In this document: in pieces, positions 1-9,340 of the stretch
Numbering within the stretch: the stretch's first letter is position 1
Layout: each line of letters begins with the position of its first letter
From: Nitrospiraceae bacterium
GTDB taxonomy: Bacteria > Nitrospirota > Nitrospiria > Nitrospirales > Nitrospiraceae
Length of the DNA: 64,000 bases
NCBI GenBank assembly: GCA_050246315.1
Contig: JBFWWG010000001.1
Span: 625,128-689,127 of the forward strand
Reading direction: 5' to 3'
Translations under genes and position numbers: made by a program
Notes under the pieces: model-generated
Database searches by the model: none
Seen by the model: the letters and a program-made list of their open reading frames with translations, nothing else
What the model was told of the DNA's origin: nothing

Positions 1-429
1 TATAAGGCCGTCAACACGCTCGATTCGATGATCGGCCATCCCGAACCTCCCTATCGTGACCTCGGCTGGGCGTCGGCTCGGTTGGACGACGTGATGAACT
101 GGCTACCGGCACGAGTGACCGGCCTGCTGATCGTCGCCGCCGCGGGCGTGCGATTTCTGAGTCTCGCGCGGCTGCGTCAGGCCTGGATGATTCTGCGCCG
201 CGACGGAGGGCGCCATCCGAGTCCGAACAGCGGTCGGCCCGAAGCCGCCATGGCCGGGGCTCTGCTTGTTCGACTCGGCGGGGTGAACGTCTACGAAGGG
301 ATCGCCAAGGTAAGACCGATGATCGGTGCGGACGTGCGGCCCCTTACGCCCGACCTGATTCCCGAATCCTTGTCGCTGATGTGGGTCGCATCAGCCCTGG
401 CGGCGGCGCTGGCCTGTTGGATGCTGTGA
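1..429 (+). CDS. cbiB: Adenosylcobinamide-phosphate synthase CbiB/CobD family, C-terminal part (5' end outside the window)
   Basis: Frame open from base 1: YKAVNTLDSMIGH...GWASARLDDVMNWLPAR...HPSPNSGRPEAAMAGAL; next to other cob genes. Confidence 0.93.
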   Translation, partial: YKAVNTLDSMIGHPEPPYRDLGWASARLDDVMNWLPARVTGLLIVAAAGVRFLSLARLRQAWMILRRDGGRHPSPNSGRPEAAMAGALLVRLGGVNVYEGIAKVRPMIGADVRPLTPDLIPESLSLMWVASALAAALACWML

Positions 430-1514
430 TGATGGACGATCGCCACGGGGGCAACCTCTATCGCGCGGCGCGCGATCTGCAGTGTCGTCCATCCGACTTG
501 GTGGATTTCAGTGCCAGCATCAATCCGCTGGGGCCGTCTCTTTCGGTCCTTCGGGCTCTGCGAAAGAGCCAGTGGATGCTGCGCCATTATCCAGACCCGG
601 AGGCTCATGATCTGGTCGAGGCGCTGAGCAAACGATCCGGTCTCAGCTCCGCCTGCTTCCTGCTCGGCAATGGATCAGCGGAACTGCTGTACCTGCTTCC
701 CGTCGCTATCCCGATCACACAGGCTTTGATCATCGGGCCCACGTTTTCCGAGTACGAACGGGCCGTCAGTCGAGCGGGAGGTCGTTGCACGCATCTCTCG
801 GCACTGCGTGCCGATGAGTATCGACCACCGATTGAAGCGGCGTTGGACCTGATCCGAACGAGTCGGACGCGCATCGAGGCCGTCTTCCTCTGCAATCCCA
901 ACAGTCCGACCGGTCGCGTGATCGACAAGGGCGACCTGCTCGAATTTATCGCGGCGCTGGCCGGTGTGAATGTCCTGATGATCATCGATGAATCATTCAT
1001 CGAGTTTGCGGCGAATCAGTCGGTGCTGCAGGACGTGCCGAATCATCCGCATCTCCTGGTCCTGCGCAGCTTCACGAAGTTTTATGCTATCCCCGGTCTT
1101 CGGATCGGCTATCTGGCGGCCCACCCGGATGTCGTGGCACGGATGAGGCGGCGGCAGCCTCCCTGGTCGGTCAATGCGATGGCCCAGGCCGCGGCCTTGG
1201 CCGGTCTAAAGGACGCGACCTATCGGCGAAAGACTCTGGCGATGGTGAGGGATGAGCGCGCGCGACTCAGCGGAGCCTTGGGCGCGATGTCGGGCCTCCA
1301 CGTCTTTCCCTCCGAAGCCAACTTCCTCTTGGTGGAACTCCCGGCATCCGTCCGCTCATCCGATCTGGTCGACCGGCTCCGCCATGATGGACTGCTGCTT
1401 CGAGACTGCGCCACGATCCTCGGACTGAGCGAGCGCATGATTCGCATCGCGATCCGAACCCCCAGAGAGAACGATCGGTTGGTGCGGTGCCTCAAGGCGA
1501 TTCTACATGGGTAA
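429..1514 (+). CDS. cobD: Threonine-phosphate decarboxylase (PLP-dependent, class I/II aminotransferase fold)
   Basis: HGGN, DFSASINPLG, GNGSAE, CNPNSPTG, DESF, RSFTKFYAIPGLRIGY; start overlaps the cbiB stop. Confidence 0.9.
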   Translation: MMDDRHGGNLYRAARDLQCRPSDLVDFSASINPLGPSLSVLRALRKSQWMLRHYPDPEAHDLVEALSKRSGLSSACFLLGNGSAELLYLLPVAIPITQALIIGPTFSEYERAVSRAGGRCTHLSALRADEYRPPIEAALDLIRTSRTRIEAVFLCNPNSPTGRVIDKGDLLEFIAALAGVNVLMIIDESFIEFAANQSVLQDVPNHPHLLVLRSFTKFYAIPGLRIGYLAAHPDVVARMRRRQPPWSVNAMAQAAALAGLKDATYRRKTLAMVRDERARLSGALGAMSGLHVFPSEANFLLVELPASVRSSDLVDRLRHDGLLLRDCATILGLSERMIRIAIRTPRENDRLVRCLKAILHG

Positions 1515-2247
1515 GCGAAGGCACGGACATGCCGAGTCGATCACGACTCGCTTTATGCTGAAGGATCGGACCTTGCTGATCGATCTGGGGCGGTCTCGCC
1601 GAATCCTTTCATCCGCGCCGCGAGGCGGCGGTCTGGTTCGGGCGCGCTCCATCATCAACCATCAAGTCCCGGACAATCCCATTCGAGGCGCCTCGCCCGC
1701 TCCCCGCATCGCCGATCTCGCTGCGGTGCGACGCTGGGGCGATCCAGCTCGGTATCTGGGCTGCGTCGCAGCGAGGCTCCAGGCCCATCCGCCCGTAGTT
1801 GGCCTGATGACGGCCGTGTCATTGGACCGGCTGATGATCTGTCGCGAGCAACAAGAGGAATTCTGGGTGGAAGGATTCTTCACGGTAGGAGTCACGAATG
1901 CTGTGAGGGTGGGTGAGGCGGCCGACCTTGGCGAACGGCGAGTGGCATCGCGAGAGGCCGGGACGATCAACATCATCCTCATCACCAACGCCGCGCTCAC
2001 GGTTTCGGCAATGGTCACAGCGGTCCAGGTGGCGACGGAAGGCAAGACGGCGGCCCTGTTGGAGGCCGAGATTCCCAGTTGGACCGGTCGTCCAGGGGCG
2101 ACAGGGACCGGAACGGATGCGGTGGTCATCGCCGGAGGCGACGGGCCGCCTGCTCGCTATAGCGGTACCCACACGACGATCGGATGGCTGATCGGACGGC
2201 TCGTTCGCCGTGCGGTGGCCAAGGGGTTGCGCCATGCTCGGGCATGA
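1507..2247 (+). CDS. cbiZ: Adenosylcobinamide amidohydrolase
   Basis: GLMTAV, TVGVTNA, GTINIIL, ATEGK, ATGTGTDAVVI motifs; cob operon context. Confidence 0.88.
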   Translation: MGKRRHGHAESITTRFMLKDRTLLIDLGRSRRILSSAPRGGGLVRARSIINHQVPDNPIRGASPAPRIADLAAVRRWGDPARYLGCVAARLQAHPPVVGLMTAVSLDRLMICREQQEEFWVEGFFTVGVTNAVRVGEAADLGERRVASREAGTINIILITNAALTVSAMVTAVQVATEGKTAALLEAEIPSWTGRPGATGTGTDAVVIAGGDGPPARYSGTHTTIGWLIGRLVRRAVAKGLRHARA

Positions 2248-2271
2248 CCACCCGGTGCATCTTGATGGCCC

Positions 2272-2478
2272 GTGACAGAGGCCGGCGGTACTGTGATCGC
2301 GATCGCTGGAAAGGCCGGGTCGAGGCAGGAACACCGGGCTCATCCGCGACACATGAGCTACCTGACGGTGCTGCAGGTGGGCCGTGCGCTGATATGTTGG
2401 GCCGGGTGTGGCGAGTGCGACGATCAGTTTCAGGTACTCCCGGTGGAGGAACGGGAACGGCTCCATCTGGAGTTGTAG
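2272..2478 (+). CDS. Possible small hypothetical protein with CxxC (CGEC)
   Basis: 68-aa ORF filling the gap after cbiZ on the same strand; no recognised family. Confidence 0.35.
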   Translation: MTEAGGTVIAIAGKAGSRQEHRAHPRHMSYLTVLQVGRALICWAGCGECDDQFQVLPVEERERLHLEL

Positions 2479-2616
2479 GATCAGCCGGGCGACCTTGCGG
2501 GTTCCCCGTCGGCTACCCCTCGACCGCACTTCCCCAGCCGAGTTGTACAGCATCCGGCCCGTTTGTATTATGAGATCGTCTGTCGGTTTCACGTTTGCTG
2601 GAGCGGTGAACTCATC

Positions 2617-4035
2617 ATGATGCGAAGGATGGGCGTGCTGGCCTGCGGACTGTTGTCGGCGGTGCTCTGTCTCGGGGCGTCGTCGCCGCCTCCTTTGCGC
2701 GTCAGTGACAACGGCCGGTTCCTGGTCACGAAGGAGGGAACGCCGTTCTTCTGGTTGGGGGACACCGCCTGGTCCTTGACGAAGCTGAGCAAGGACGAGA
2801 TTAGCCGGTATTTGGCTGATCGTGCGGCCAAGGGCTTCACCGTCATTCAGGTGACCGGCGGGTTCAATGAGGACTGGATGGGCTTTCGCGAATCACCGTT
2901 CCTCGACAACGACACCGATCAGCCACGGGAATCCTATTGGCGGCACGTCGATTTTATTGTGGATGAAGCCGCGCGGCAGGGGCTCTACGTCGATCTCGTC
3001 GTCATGTGGGGCCAGGCCTATCGGCCGGCGTTCGGAGAGGATGCGGAGAAGGCGCGCCGGTTGGGAGGGTGGCTCGGCACCCGTTATCGGGATCGATCGA
3101 ATGTGATCTGGGTGGTCAGCGGCGAATACGACTCGATCAATGACTACAATCCTGCTCTTTCTTCCGATCAACGTGCGCTGTTAGTGGCGATGGCCCAAGG
3201 GCTGCGTAACGGCCATGGCGGGCGGCAGCTCATGTCGATCCATCCGGGAGTTCCGGCCACTTCCGCCATCGAATTTCATCAGGAGCCCTGGCTTGATTTC
3301 AACATGCTCCAGTCCGGGCACATGGATGATGCACAGGCCTGGCGATGTGGGTGGTCTGATGGACCCTGCGCCGAGTCCTATGAGCTGGTCACGGCGGAGT
3401 ATCAACGCAAACCGGTCAAACCGGTGATCGATGCCGAGCCGATCTACGACACGAAGCCCGACGGCTTCTATATGGGCGAGCCCGGTCCCGGGCCGCGCGT
3501 CGGCGAGGAGGTGATTCGGAGAAAAGCCTACTGGGCGGTCTTTGCCGGCGCATTCGGCCATGTCTATGGGCACAACGACATCGAGGTGTTCTATGTGCCT
3601 GGCGAGCCGACCACCAACGGTCAAGCTGGGCATTGGCAGGATGCGTTGCAGGCGCCCGCAGCGGGACAGCTTCGGTATCTACGAACGCTTGTGGAGTCGC
3701 GTCCCATGCTCTCGCGCGTTCCGGATCAATCTCTGATTGCGTCCGATCCCGGGCGCGGCATCCACCATGTTCAGGCCACGCGTTCATCTGACGGCGCCTA
3801 TGCGTGGCTCTACCTTCCCACCGGCAGTTCTGTGGCGGTGAATCTGGAGCGGTTGGCCGCCTCCGGGACGGCGTCCTGGTTTGATCCACGAACCGGCCGG
3901 TCGATACCAATCGGAGAGTTTATCAAGAGCGGGATCCGAGAGTTCGACCCGCCGGGGGAAACGGCGAGTGGGAATGACTGGGTATTGGTCTTGGACGCAG
4001 GCACAGGTCAACCGAGGAACGGAAAGGAGGAGTGA
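2617..4035 (+). CDS. Secreted glycoside hydrolase, GH140/apiosidase-like (DUF4038 plus C-terminal collagen-binding-like domain)
   Basis: Signal peptide; LRVSDNGRFLV, PFFWLGDTAW, KGFTVIQ, WLDFNMLQSGH, KPVIDAEPIY, GAFGHVYG, WFDPRTG, DWVLVL. Confidence 0.85.
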   Translation: MMRRMGVLACGLLSAVLCLGASSPPPLRVSDNGRFLVTKEGTPFFWLGDTAWSLTKLSKDEISRYLADRAAKGFTVIQVTGGFNEDWMGFRESPFLDNDTDQPRESYWRHVDFIVDEAARQGLYVDLVVMWGQAYRPAFGEDAEKARRLGGWLGTRYRDRSNVIWVVSGEYDSINDYNPALSSDQRALLVAMAQGLRNGHGGRQLMSIHPGVPATSAIEFHQEPWLDFNMLQSGHMDDAQAWRCGWSDGPCAESYELVTAEYQRKPVKPVIDAEPIYDTKPDGFYMGEPGPGPRVGEEVIRRKAYWAVFAGAFGHVYGHNDIEVFYVPGEPTTNGQAGHWQDALQAPAAGQLRYLRTLVESRPMLSRVPDQSLIASDPGRGIHHVQATRSSDGAYAWLYLPTGSSVAVNLERLAASGTASWFDPRTGRSIPIGEFIKSGIREFDPPGETASGNDWVLVLDAGTGQPRNGKEE

Positions 4036-4067
4036 CGGGAGCGGGCCTCACCCGCTCCCGTACGTGC

Positions 4068-4724
4068 CTAATAGAAGAAGAGGCGAACGCCGACCAGGAA
4101 CCCGAACGAGGAGGCGTTCCAATCATCCGACCGCACGCCATTGATCGTGACATGACCGTCGTTGCGCTTGTAGGCCATCTCCACGTTCAATGCCAGTTGT
4201 TCCGTGAACGCATAGTCGGCGCCCCATCCAAGCCGCCAGGCGAAGTTGTTGCTTGGGCTGATCGTGGTATTGCCGATGTTATCGCGATCTTCCCCGAATC
4301 CGTTCACGTTGACGCCGAAGCTCATGTTCGCATAGGGACTGATCGGTCCGGCCCGAAAGGGTCGGAGTTCAATTGTGGGGAGCACGGACACGACGTCCTG
4401 ATGGCCTAGATTCAGGCTCGGTTGTTCCGAGTCCACCGAATGGCGTTCCCACTCGATCATCATCCCCAGGAAAACCCACTTATTGACGGCATACATTGCC
4501 TGGAAATTCAACAGACTGCCGACGTCTGTATCCGTATTTTGTGCCAACTCCTGTGTCAACGGGGCGAACCCGGCCCGCATGCCCAAGTACCAGGTACCGG
4601 GCTTCACACCTTCATAGGTCTGCTTCCATTTATCCTCTGCCTGGGCGGTCGAGGGACTGAGGAAGGCCGGCAAACACCAACTCAGGAACAGCAACAGGAT
4701 CAACGCAAGACGGGACAGTCGCAT
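4068..4724 (-). CDS. Outer-membrane beta-barrel protein (OmpA/OmpW-like 8-stranded family)
   Basis: AAGGAGG RBS before ATG 4724; signal peptide ending AQA; alternating beta strands (PYANMSFGVN, WRLGWGADY, LNVEMAY); aromatic C-terminus. Confidence 0.8.
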   Translation of the reverse strand: MRLSRLALILLLFLSWCLPAFLSPSTAQAEDKWKQTYEGVKPGTWYLGMRAGFAPLTQELAQNTDTDVGSLLNFQAMYAVNKWVFLGMMIEWERHSVDSEQPSLNLGHQDVVSVLPTIELRPFRAGPISPYANMSFGVNVNGFGEDRDNIGNTTISPSNNFAWRLGWGADYAFTEQLALNVEMAYKRNDGHVTINGVRSDDWNASSFGFLVGVRLFFY

Positions 4725-4927
4725 TCGAAACCTCCTTATCGATGTCGATCTCATCATACGAGAGAGGCGGTCGTCCGGCCGCATCGGAGTCATAGTGCCG
4801 CGACTCGCTGATGGCTCGATGTTTCCGTCGCCGCAATCTTGAGAAGACGAGCTGCCTTCCTATAGCCGGAGTGGAGAAAAAACGCCAGGGTTTTCTTGAG
4901 CCGGGGCCGTACCCAACCGAGGGTGAC

Positions 4928-5035
4928 TTCGCCCACCTTGTTCATGACCGCTTCTCCTGCAAGCACCGGACGACCTATGACTCTCGACAGGCAACGGATG
5001 GAACGTCACGAACCGTCATGAATAATGTAGACCAG
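4928..5035 (-). repeat. Short internally deleted copy of the dispersed TIR element (family A)
   Basis: Reverse strand begins CTGGTCTACATTATTCATGACGGTTCGTGACGTTCCATCCGTTGC, matching the left end of the 13368 copy; the 4928 end (TTCGCCCACCTTGTTCATGACCGCTTCT) matches its right end. Confidence 0.7.
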
Positions 5036-5348
5036 CCGGTTCAGCATTCCAACGGTCGAGTCGGAGAGAGAGGACGAGTCGCGTCGGCGGAAGGTTCCGA
5101 CGACGTGCCCGGCTGCTTCGTCGAAGCGGGGCGCGGGTTCGCCGGCCAGTAGCAATCAATCGGGTGTTTGTGATCTCCTAAGAAGAAGCCGATCGACACA
5201 GTGGCCGCTCTCTTGATCAGGCTGGAACAGAAGCGGAATCTGTGCGATCAGAGAGAGAAAGGCGGAGATTCGTGGAAGGTACGACCGTACGGACGTCATC
5301 CGGATCATCTTCATCCGCCTCTCTCGTAGGTTGAAACGGAGCAACCCG

Positions 5349-6050
5349 ATGCCGTGGAGACAAGATTATCTGTTCAAAGATCGACGCGATGCAGGCCGGC
5401 AACTGGCCCAGGCGCTCCAGCGATATCGTAATGCCACGCAGACCCTCGTGCTCGCATTGCCGCGGGGCGGGTTGGTCGTGGCCTATGAGATCAGCCTTGC
5501 CCTTCATCTTCCACTTGATGTACTGGTGACCCGCAAGCTCGGGACGCCGGGCAATCCCGAACTGGCGATGGGGGCCTTGTCTGAGACAGGCTACCGGCAT
5601 CTGAACCGGGATGTCTTGGACTCCTACAATGTGCCTGCTCGTGAACTGGAAGAGGAAGTCCACCGTCAGCAGCGGGAGATTGCTCGGCGGATCGAACGGT
5701 ATCGGCAGGGGCACGCATTGCCGGCGCTAGCGGGATGGACGGTCATTCTTGTGGATGACGGGATTGCCACGGGAGCGACGTTCTATGCTTCGTTGGCGGC
5801 CTTGCGTGAGATGAAGGTGGGGCGGCTCGTCGCAGCCGTGCCGGTCGGCCCGGATCGAACGCAGGAGGATCTGCGCGGGCTGGTCGAGGAAGTCGTCATT
5901 CTGTATACCCCTGCGTCGTTTTACGGTATCGGGCAATTTTATGCCGACTTTCATCAGATCGACGATGAAGAAGTGCTGGCGTGCCTGGAGGGGGCGCGCG
6001 CCGCGCTGAAACGGACGTCACTTCTGCACAAGCCCGATCGGAGCACCTGA
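5349..6050 (+). CDS. Phosphoribosyltransferase family protein
   Basis: FKDRRDAGRQLA, VLALPRGG, RKLGTPGNPELAMGA, PRPP-binding loop VILVDDGIATG; alternative TTG start at 5331. Confidence 0.88.
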   Translation: MPWRQDYLFKDRRDAGRQLAQALQRYRNATQTLVLALPRGGLVVAYEISLALHLPLDVLVTRKLGTPGNPELAMGALSETGYRHLNRDVLDSYNVPARELEEEVHRQQREIARRIERYRQGHALPALAGWTVILVDDGIATGATFYASLAALREMKVGRLVAAVPVGPDRTQEDLRGLVEEVVILYTPASFYGIGQFYADFHQIDDEEVLACLEGARAALKRTSLLHKPDRST

Positions 6051-6109
6051 GGGACGACCGACCAACCATGTCTCATTCATGATTATTTTCAGACAGGGAG
6101 ACTTGCACG

Positions 6110-7003
6110 ATGCACATTTTGCTGGCTGTGGACCAATCTGCCTATGCGAACACGGTGCTCGCGTGGATGCGGGAGTTTCCCCATCCGTCCGGCACGCGCC
6201 TCACGATCGCGCACATCATCGAACCGTTCGACGTGCTGGACACGTTGCCGGGAGAACCGCGGTCTCGCGTGGAGCGGAGACGGGCGGATGAAGCCCAGTC
6301 GGTCTTGGAGCGAGCCACCTTGGTCCTGCGCAAACGCTATCGCGTCATCAAGTGCGCCCTCCGACAAGGGCCGGCCATCTATGAACTCCTCAAGCTTGTT
6401 CGCGAGAGCCAACCGGATCTCATTGTGACCGGTACGCGCGGACTTGGGGTCGCCAAGGGACTGGTTCTCGGCAGCGTATCGCAACGACTGTTGAGTTACG
6501 CTCCTTGCTCCGTGTTGCTCATTCCGCCGCAGGCGAAGCTCAAGGCGCCGCTGAGGGTGCTTCTCGCGACCGATGGCTCGCGTGGGGCCAAGACAGCCGC
6601 CGGGATCGTGGCGATCCTGCCCAAGATCGGGCGCATTGGCCTGGTGTCCGTCGTTCCGCCGGTGGATCAGCAAGAGGTCAGACTCTATGAGCGGGAGACG
6701 AAGCAGCCGGCCGGTCTGATCAAGCGCCAAATTCAATTGGCGCGCTATGATTTGGCCAAGCGGGCGATGGACGCGACGCGAACCGTTTTGGGTGGGGTGA
6801 AGGCCGAGGTCCGGACCAAAGTCCTGGTCGGACGTCCGGGCGATGCGCTTCCCCTTGAGGCCAAGCGACAGAGCAGCGGTCTGCTTGTCCTCGGCTCCCG
6901 AGGCTTGACCGGCCGACTCGCTGAGGTGTTGGGGAGCGTGTCGTTAACCGTCGCCCAACGAGCGACCTGTCCGGTGTTGGTGGTGAAGCGCCCTCTCTCA
7001 TAA
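6110..7003 (+). CDS. Universal stress protein, tandem USP domains
   Basis: ILLAVD...DLIVTGTRG...LGSVS and VLLATDGS...LLVLGSRG...LGSVS...CPVLVV. Confidence 0.92.
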   Translation: MHILLAVDQSAYANTVLAWMREFPHPSGTRLTIAHIIEPFDVLDTLPGEPRSRVERRRADEAQSVLERATLVLRKRYRVIKCALRQGPAIYELLKLVRESQPDLIVTGTRGLGVAKGLVLGSVSQRLLSYAPCSVLLIPPQAKLKAPLRVLLATDGSRGAKTAAGIVAILPKIGRIGLVSVVPPVDQQEVRLYERETKQPAGLIKRQIQLARYDLAKRAMDATRTVLGGVKAEVRTKVLVGRPGDALPLEAKRQSSGLLVLGSRGLTGRLAEVLGSVSLTVAQRATCPVLVVKRPLS

Positions 7004-7124
7004 CCAGGTGTCCGTGGTCACGTCGATCGCGCTCACCATGTACCCGGATATCCAGCCAAGAGTACGGTGCGATCCCGGTGCTTCTACGAAATAGCTGCTG
7101 GGGCTTCGCTTGGCCACCAAACTC

Positions 7125-7335
7125 TTAGCCTGCATTATTCATGACGGTTGTCGCGTCCCGCCCGTTGCACATGAAGCCGCAACGGGTACCCGGCAGTCGC
7201 CAAGCGAGACGGCCTCGTGGAGTCGCAAGAGAGTGAGGGGTACTTGGAACAGTACGTCGGACCGACCGAGCGGCGAGCTCGGCCCCTGGCATGCCGTGAA
7301 GCCGCATGCCAGCTTGTCGCAGCGGCGAATTCGCG
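7125..7335 (+). repeat. Diverged copy of dispersed element family A (left end and internal hairpins; right TIR not seen)
   Basis: TTAGCCTGCATTATTCATGACGGTT...CCCGTTGC-loop-GCAACGGG...GTACTTGGAACAGTACG...AGCGGCGAGC...GCTTGTCGCAGCGGCGAAT, collinear with the 13368 copy. Confidence 0.75.
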
Positions 7336-7718
7336 GAGCCAAAGGCAGGGCCATCAGATTTGCCGTCGGCGAGTTCGACCGCTGCCGGGAGATGCTGAAG
7401 TCGCAAACCACCCCGTTGTCACGAACGTATTCGAAAACCCCGCTTGCCGAATGGTCGTAAATGCGAACCAGGACGGTGACCACAGTACCATCCACACGGA
7501 AGGGTTGATTCCGGTCGCCCTCCCGTGAAGCATCTTGCGCCGCCCTGGTAGGCTTCGGGAAGACAAATGCAAAGGGGAGGTCGGTCGGGGAGATGATCAA
7601 GCCGCATTCCCGGCGTCTGCGCGGCCCGGAGGTGGGTCTCCAACCTGTGTGTTGTCAGCACTCCGGGCATTGACCTAGAATGCAGCCCCAGCTTCTTTGC
7701 CGCCTACTTCGAGGCGTC

Positions 7719-8423
7719 ATGCGATATCTTGCCGGGGTCCTTCTGCTGATCAGTTGTTTGCCCGGATGTGCCGGGAACATCAAAGATACTGATCTGATCT
7801 CCAGCAATACGTTCTTCCTCCAACCCAGTGTCCAGAACAGGGTCTTCGTCCAGGCGCGCAATTTGTCGGACAATCAGGCGGCGACCCTGACCGACCTTGG
7901 CGCGCGGTTGACGGCGAAAGGCTATCAGGTGGTGCAGGATCCGGACGCGGCGAACTATCTCGTTCTCGCCAACATCGTCTACTGTAACGTGACGAAACCG
8001 GAGTTGCCGGTTGAGGCGATGGTCGCCGGCGGCTATGGGGCCGGTTTCGGATCGTCGATGATGGGCGGCCTGAATAGCTTGGCAGGCCTGGCCAGTATGG
8101 CCGGACCGCAGGGCGCCATGGCAGGCGCCGCGGCTTCGATGGGACTTGGGGCAATCGAGGGTATCGGAAGCGCGGTCGGCAGCCTGTTCGGAGGATCATC
8201 AGGTCGAACGAGCACCGACGAAATCATCTATGCCTGCGTCACCGATCTACAGATAACCGATCGATCCGCCGCGGCCTCCGGCCAAGCGGCCGATGCCGGT
8301 GAGCCATCTGGCGTCTATCAAACGCGTCTTGCGGCCAGCGTGCACCAGAAGAAGATGAAGGAGGAGGAGGCCACGCTGATGCTCCAGCAGAAACTCAGCT
8401 CGGCCGTGGCGGGAAATTTCTGA
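7719..8423 (+). CDS. TraT-like (complement resistance/surface exclusion family) lipoprotein, paralog 1
   Basis: Lipobox LPGC; SNTFFLQPS..RVFVQARNLSD..LTAKGYQVVQDPDAANY; Gly-rich hydrophobic segment; YQTRLAASV; C-terminal AGNF. Confidence 0.75.
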   Translation: MRYLAGVLLLISCLPGCAGNIKDTDLISSNTFFLQPSVQNRVFVQARNLSDNQAATLTDLGARLTAKGYQVVQDPDAANYLVLANIVYCNVTKPELPVEAMVAGGYGAGFGSSMMGGLNSLAGLASMAGPQGAMAGAAASMGLGAIEGIGSAVGSLFGGSSGRTSTDEIIYACVTDLQITDRSAAASGQAADAGEPSGVYQTRLAASVHQKKMKEEEATLMLQQKLSSAVAGNF

Positions 8424-9157
8424 TGGGAAACGTATCCGAACGCTTCACGCCGCCCCGTGTCTGCATCGCGAGGGCGCTGCTTCTGCTGCTCTGCCTCAGT
8501 GGCCTGACCACCGGCTGCGCCAATGTCATCCGGGCCGGTCTCATCAATAGCAACACGATCTTTCTTGAGCCGAGTACGAGTCGCACGGTCTATCTCCAGC
8601 CCCGCAACGTGTCGGAAAACCAGCTTGTGAACCTGGGGATCGTCGGCCAGAAACTCGCCGCCAAAGGCTATCACGTTGCCGCCGACCCTGATCGGGCGAA
8701 CTACTGGATACAAGTCAAGGTGGTGTATTGTCACAAGGCCGGCCAGGGCGTGAAGCCCGAGACCATCGCGCAAAGCGGGTTCGGTTCCGGAATCAGCACC
8801 GGTGGGAGTACGGCGCCGTCTGTGATGAGGGGAGGAGACCCTTCCGCCATGATGGGCGGAATGGACATGAACGCGCTCATGCGGATGGCCATGAGCGGCC
8901 GAGGCGGGTTTGGGATGGAACCGCCGCCGGAAGAAGAAGGTGTGACCTATCTGTGCGTGGTTGATGTGCAGATCACCGATCGCAGGCTGGGCAAGCCGCT
9001 CGGTCGACCAGTCGGAGGGTCGGCACCAACCGGTTCCGCTCCCAAGGTCCAGCAGATGCGGATGGTCGGTCATACGCTGCAGAAGGATCTGGACATTCAG
9101 GAAGCGACGCCGATTGTGCAGGAGAAGATCAGCACCGGCATCGCCGGGCTGTTCTGA
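8423..9157 (+). CDS. TraT-like lipoprotein, paralog 2
   Basis: Lipobox TTGC; SNTIFLEPS..TVYLQPRNVSE..LAAKGYHVAADPDRANYWIQ; C-terminal IAGLF; start overlaps the paralog 1 stop. Confidence 0.75.
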   Translation: MGNVSERFTPPRVCIARALLLLLCLSGLTTGCANVIRAGLINSNTIFLEPSTSRTVYLQPRNVSENQLVNLGIVGQKLAAKGYHVAADPDRANYWIQVKVVYCHKAGQGVKPETIAQSGFGSGISTGGSTAPSVMRGGDPSAMMGGMDMNALMRMAMSGRGGFGMEPPPEEEGVTYLCVVDVQITDRRLGKPLGRPVGGSAPTGSAPKVQQMRMVGHTLQKDLDIQEATPIVQEKISTGIAGLF

Positions 9158-9340
9158 ACCATCGAAGATGAGAGGGCGGACGGTTGAATCATGCGGCCAT
9201 GAAGGCCTCCTGGTCGGTCACACCAACAATACCTCTAACTGGAGGGAGTCTGTCCTCAGCGAAGGTGCCGGACTGCGTTGTGGTGGGACAACGAGAGTAA
9301 TCAAGGTGGGAAGGAAAATTTCGGACTGAGGACGGTGGAA

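Noticed and set aside
1..2247. Cobalamin riboswitch for the cob genes
   Set aside because: The operon start lies outside the window and no B12-box was seen here
5079..5135. Pair of GC-rich hairpins between the family A copy and the PRTase
   Set aside because: Short stems are expected by chance in GC-rich DNA; no U-tract or second copy
7110..7670. Several overlapping short ORFs, and similar peptides at 13368-13659
   Set aside because: The peptide similarity comes from the shared family A repeat; no RBS or family support
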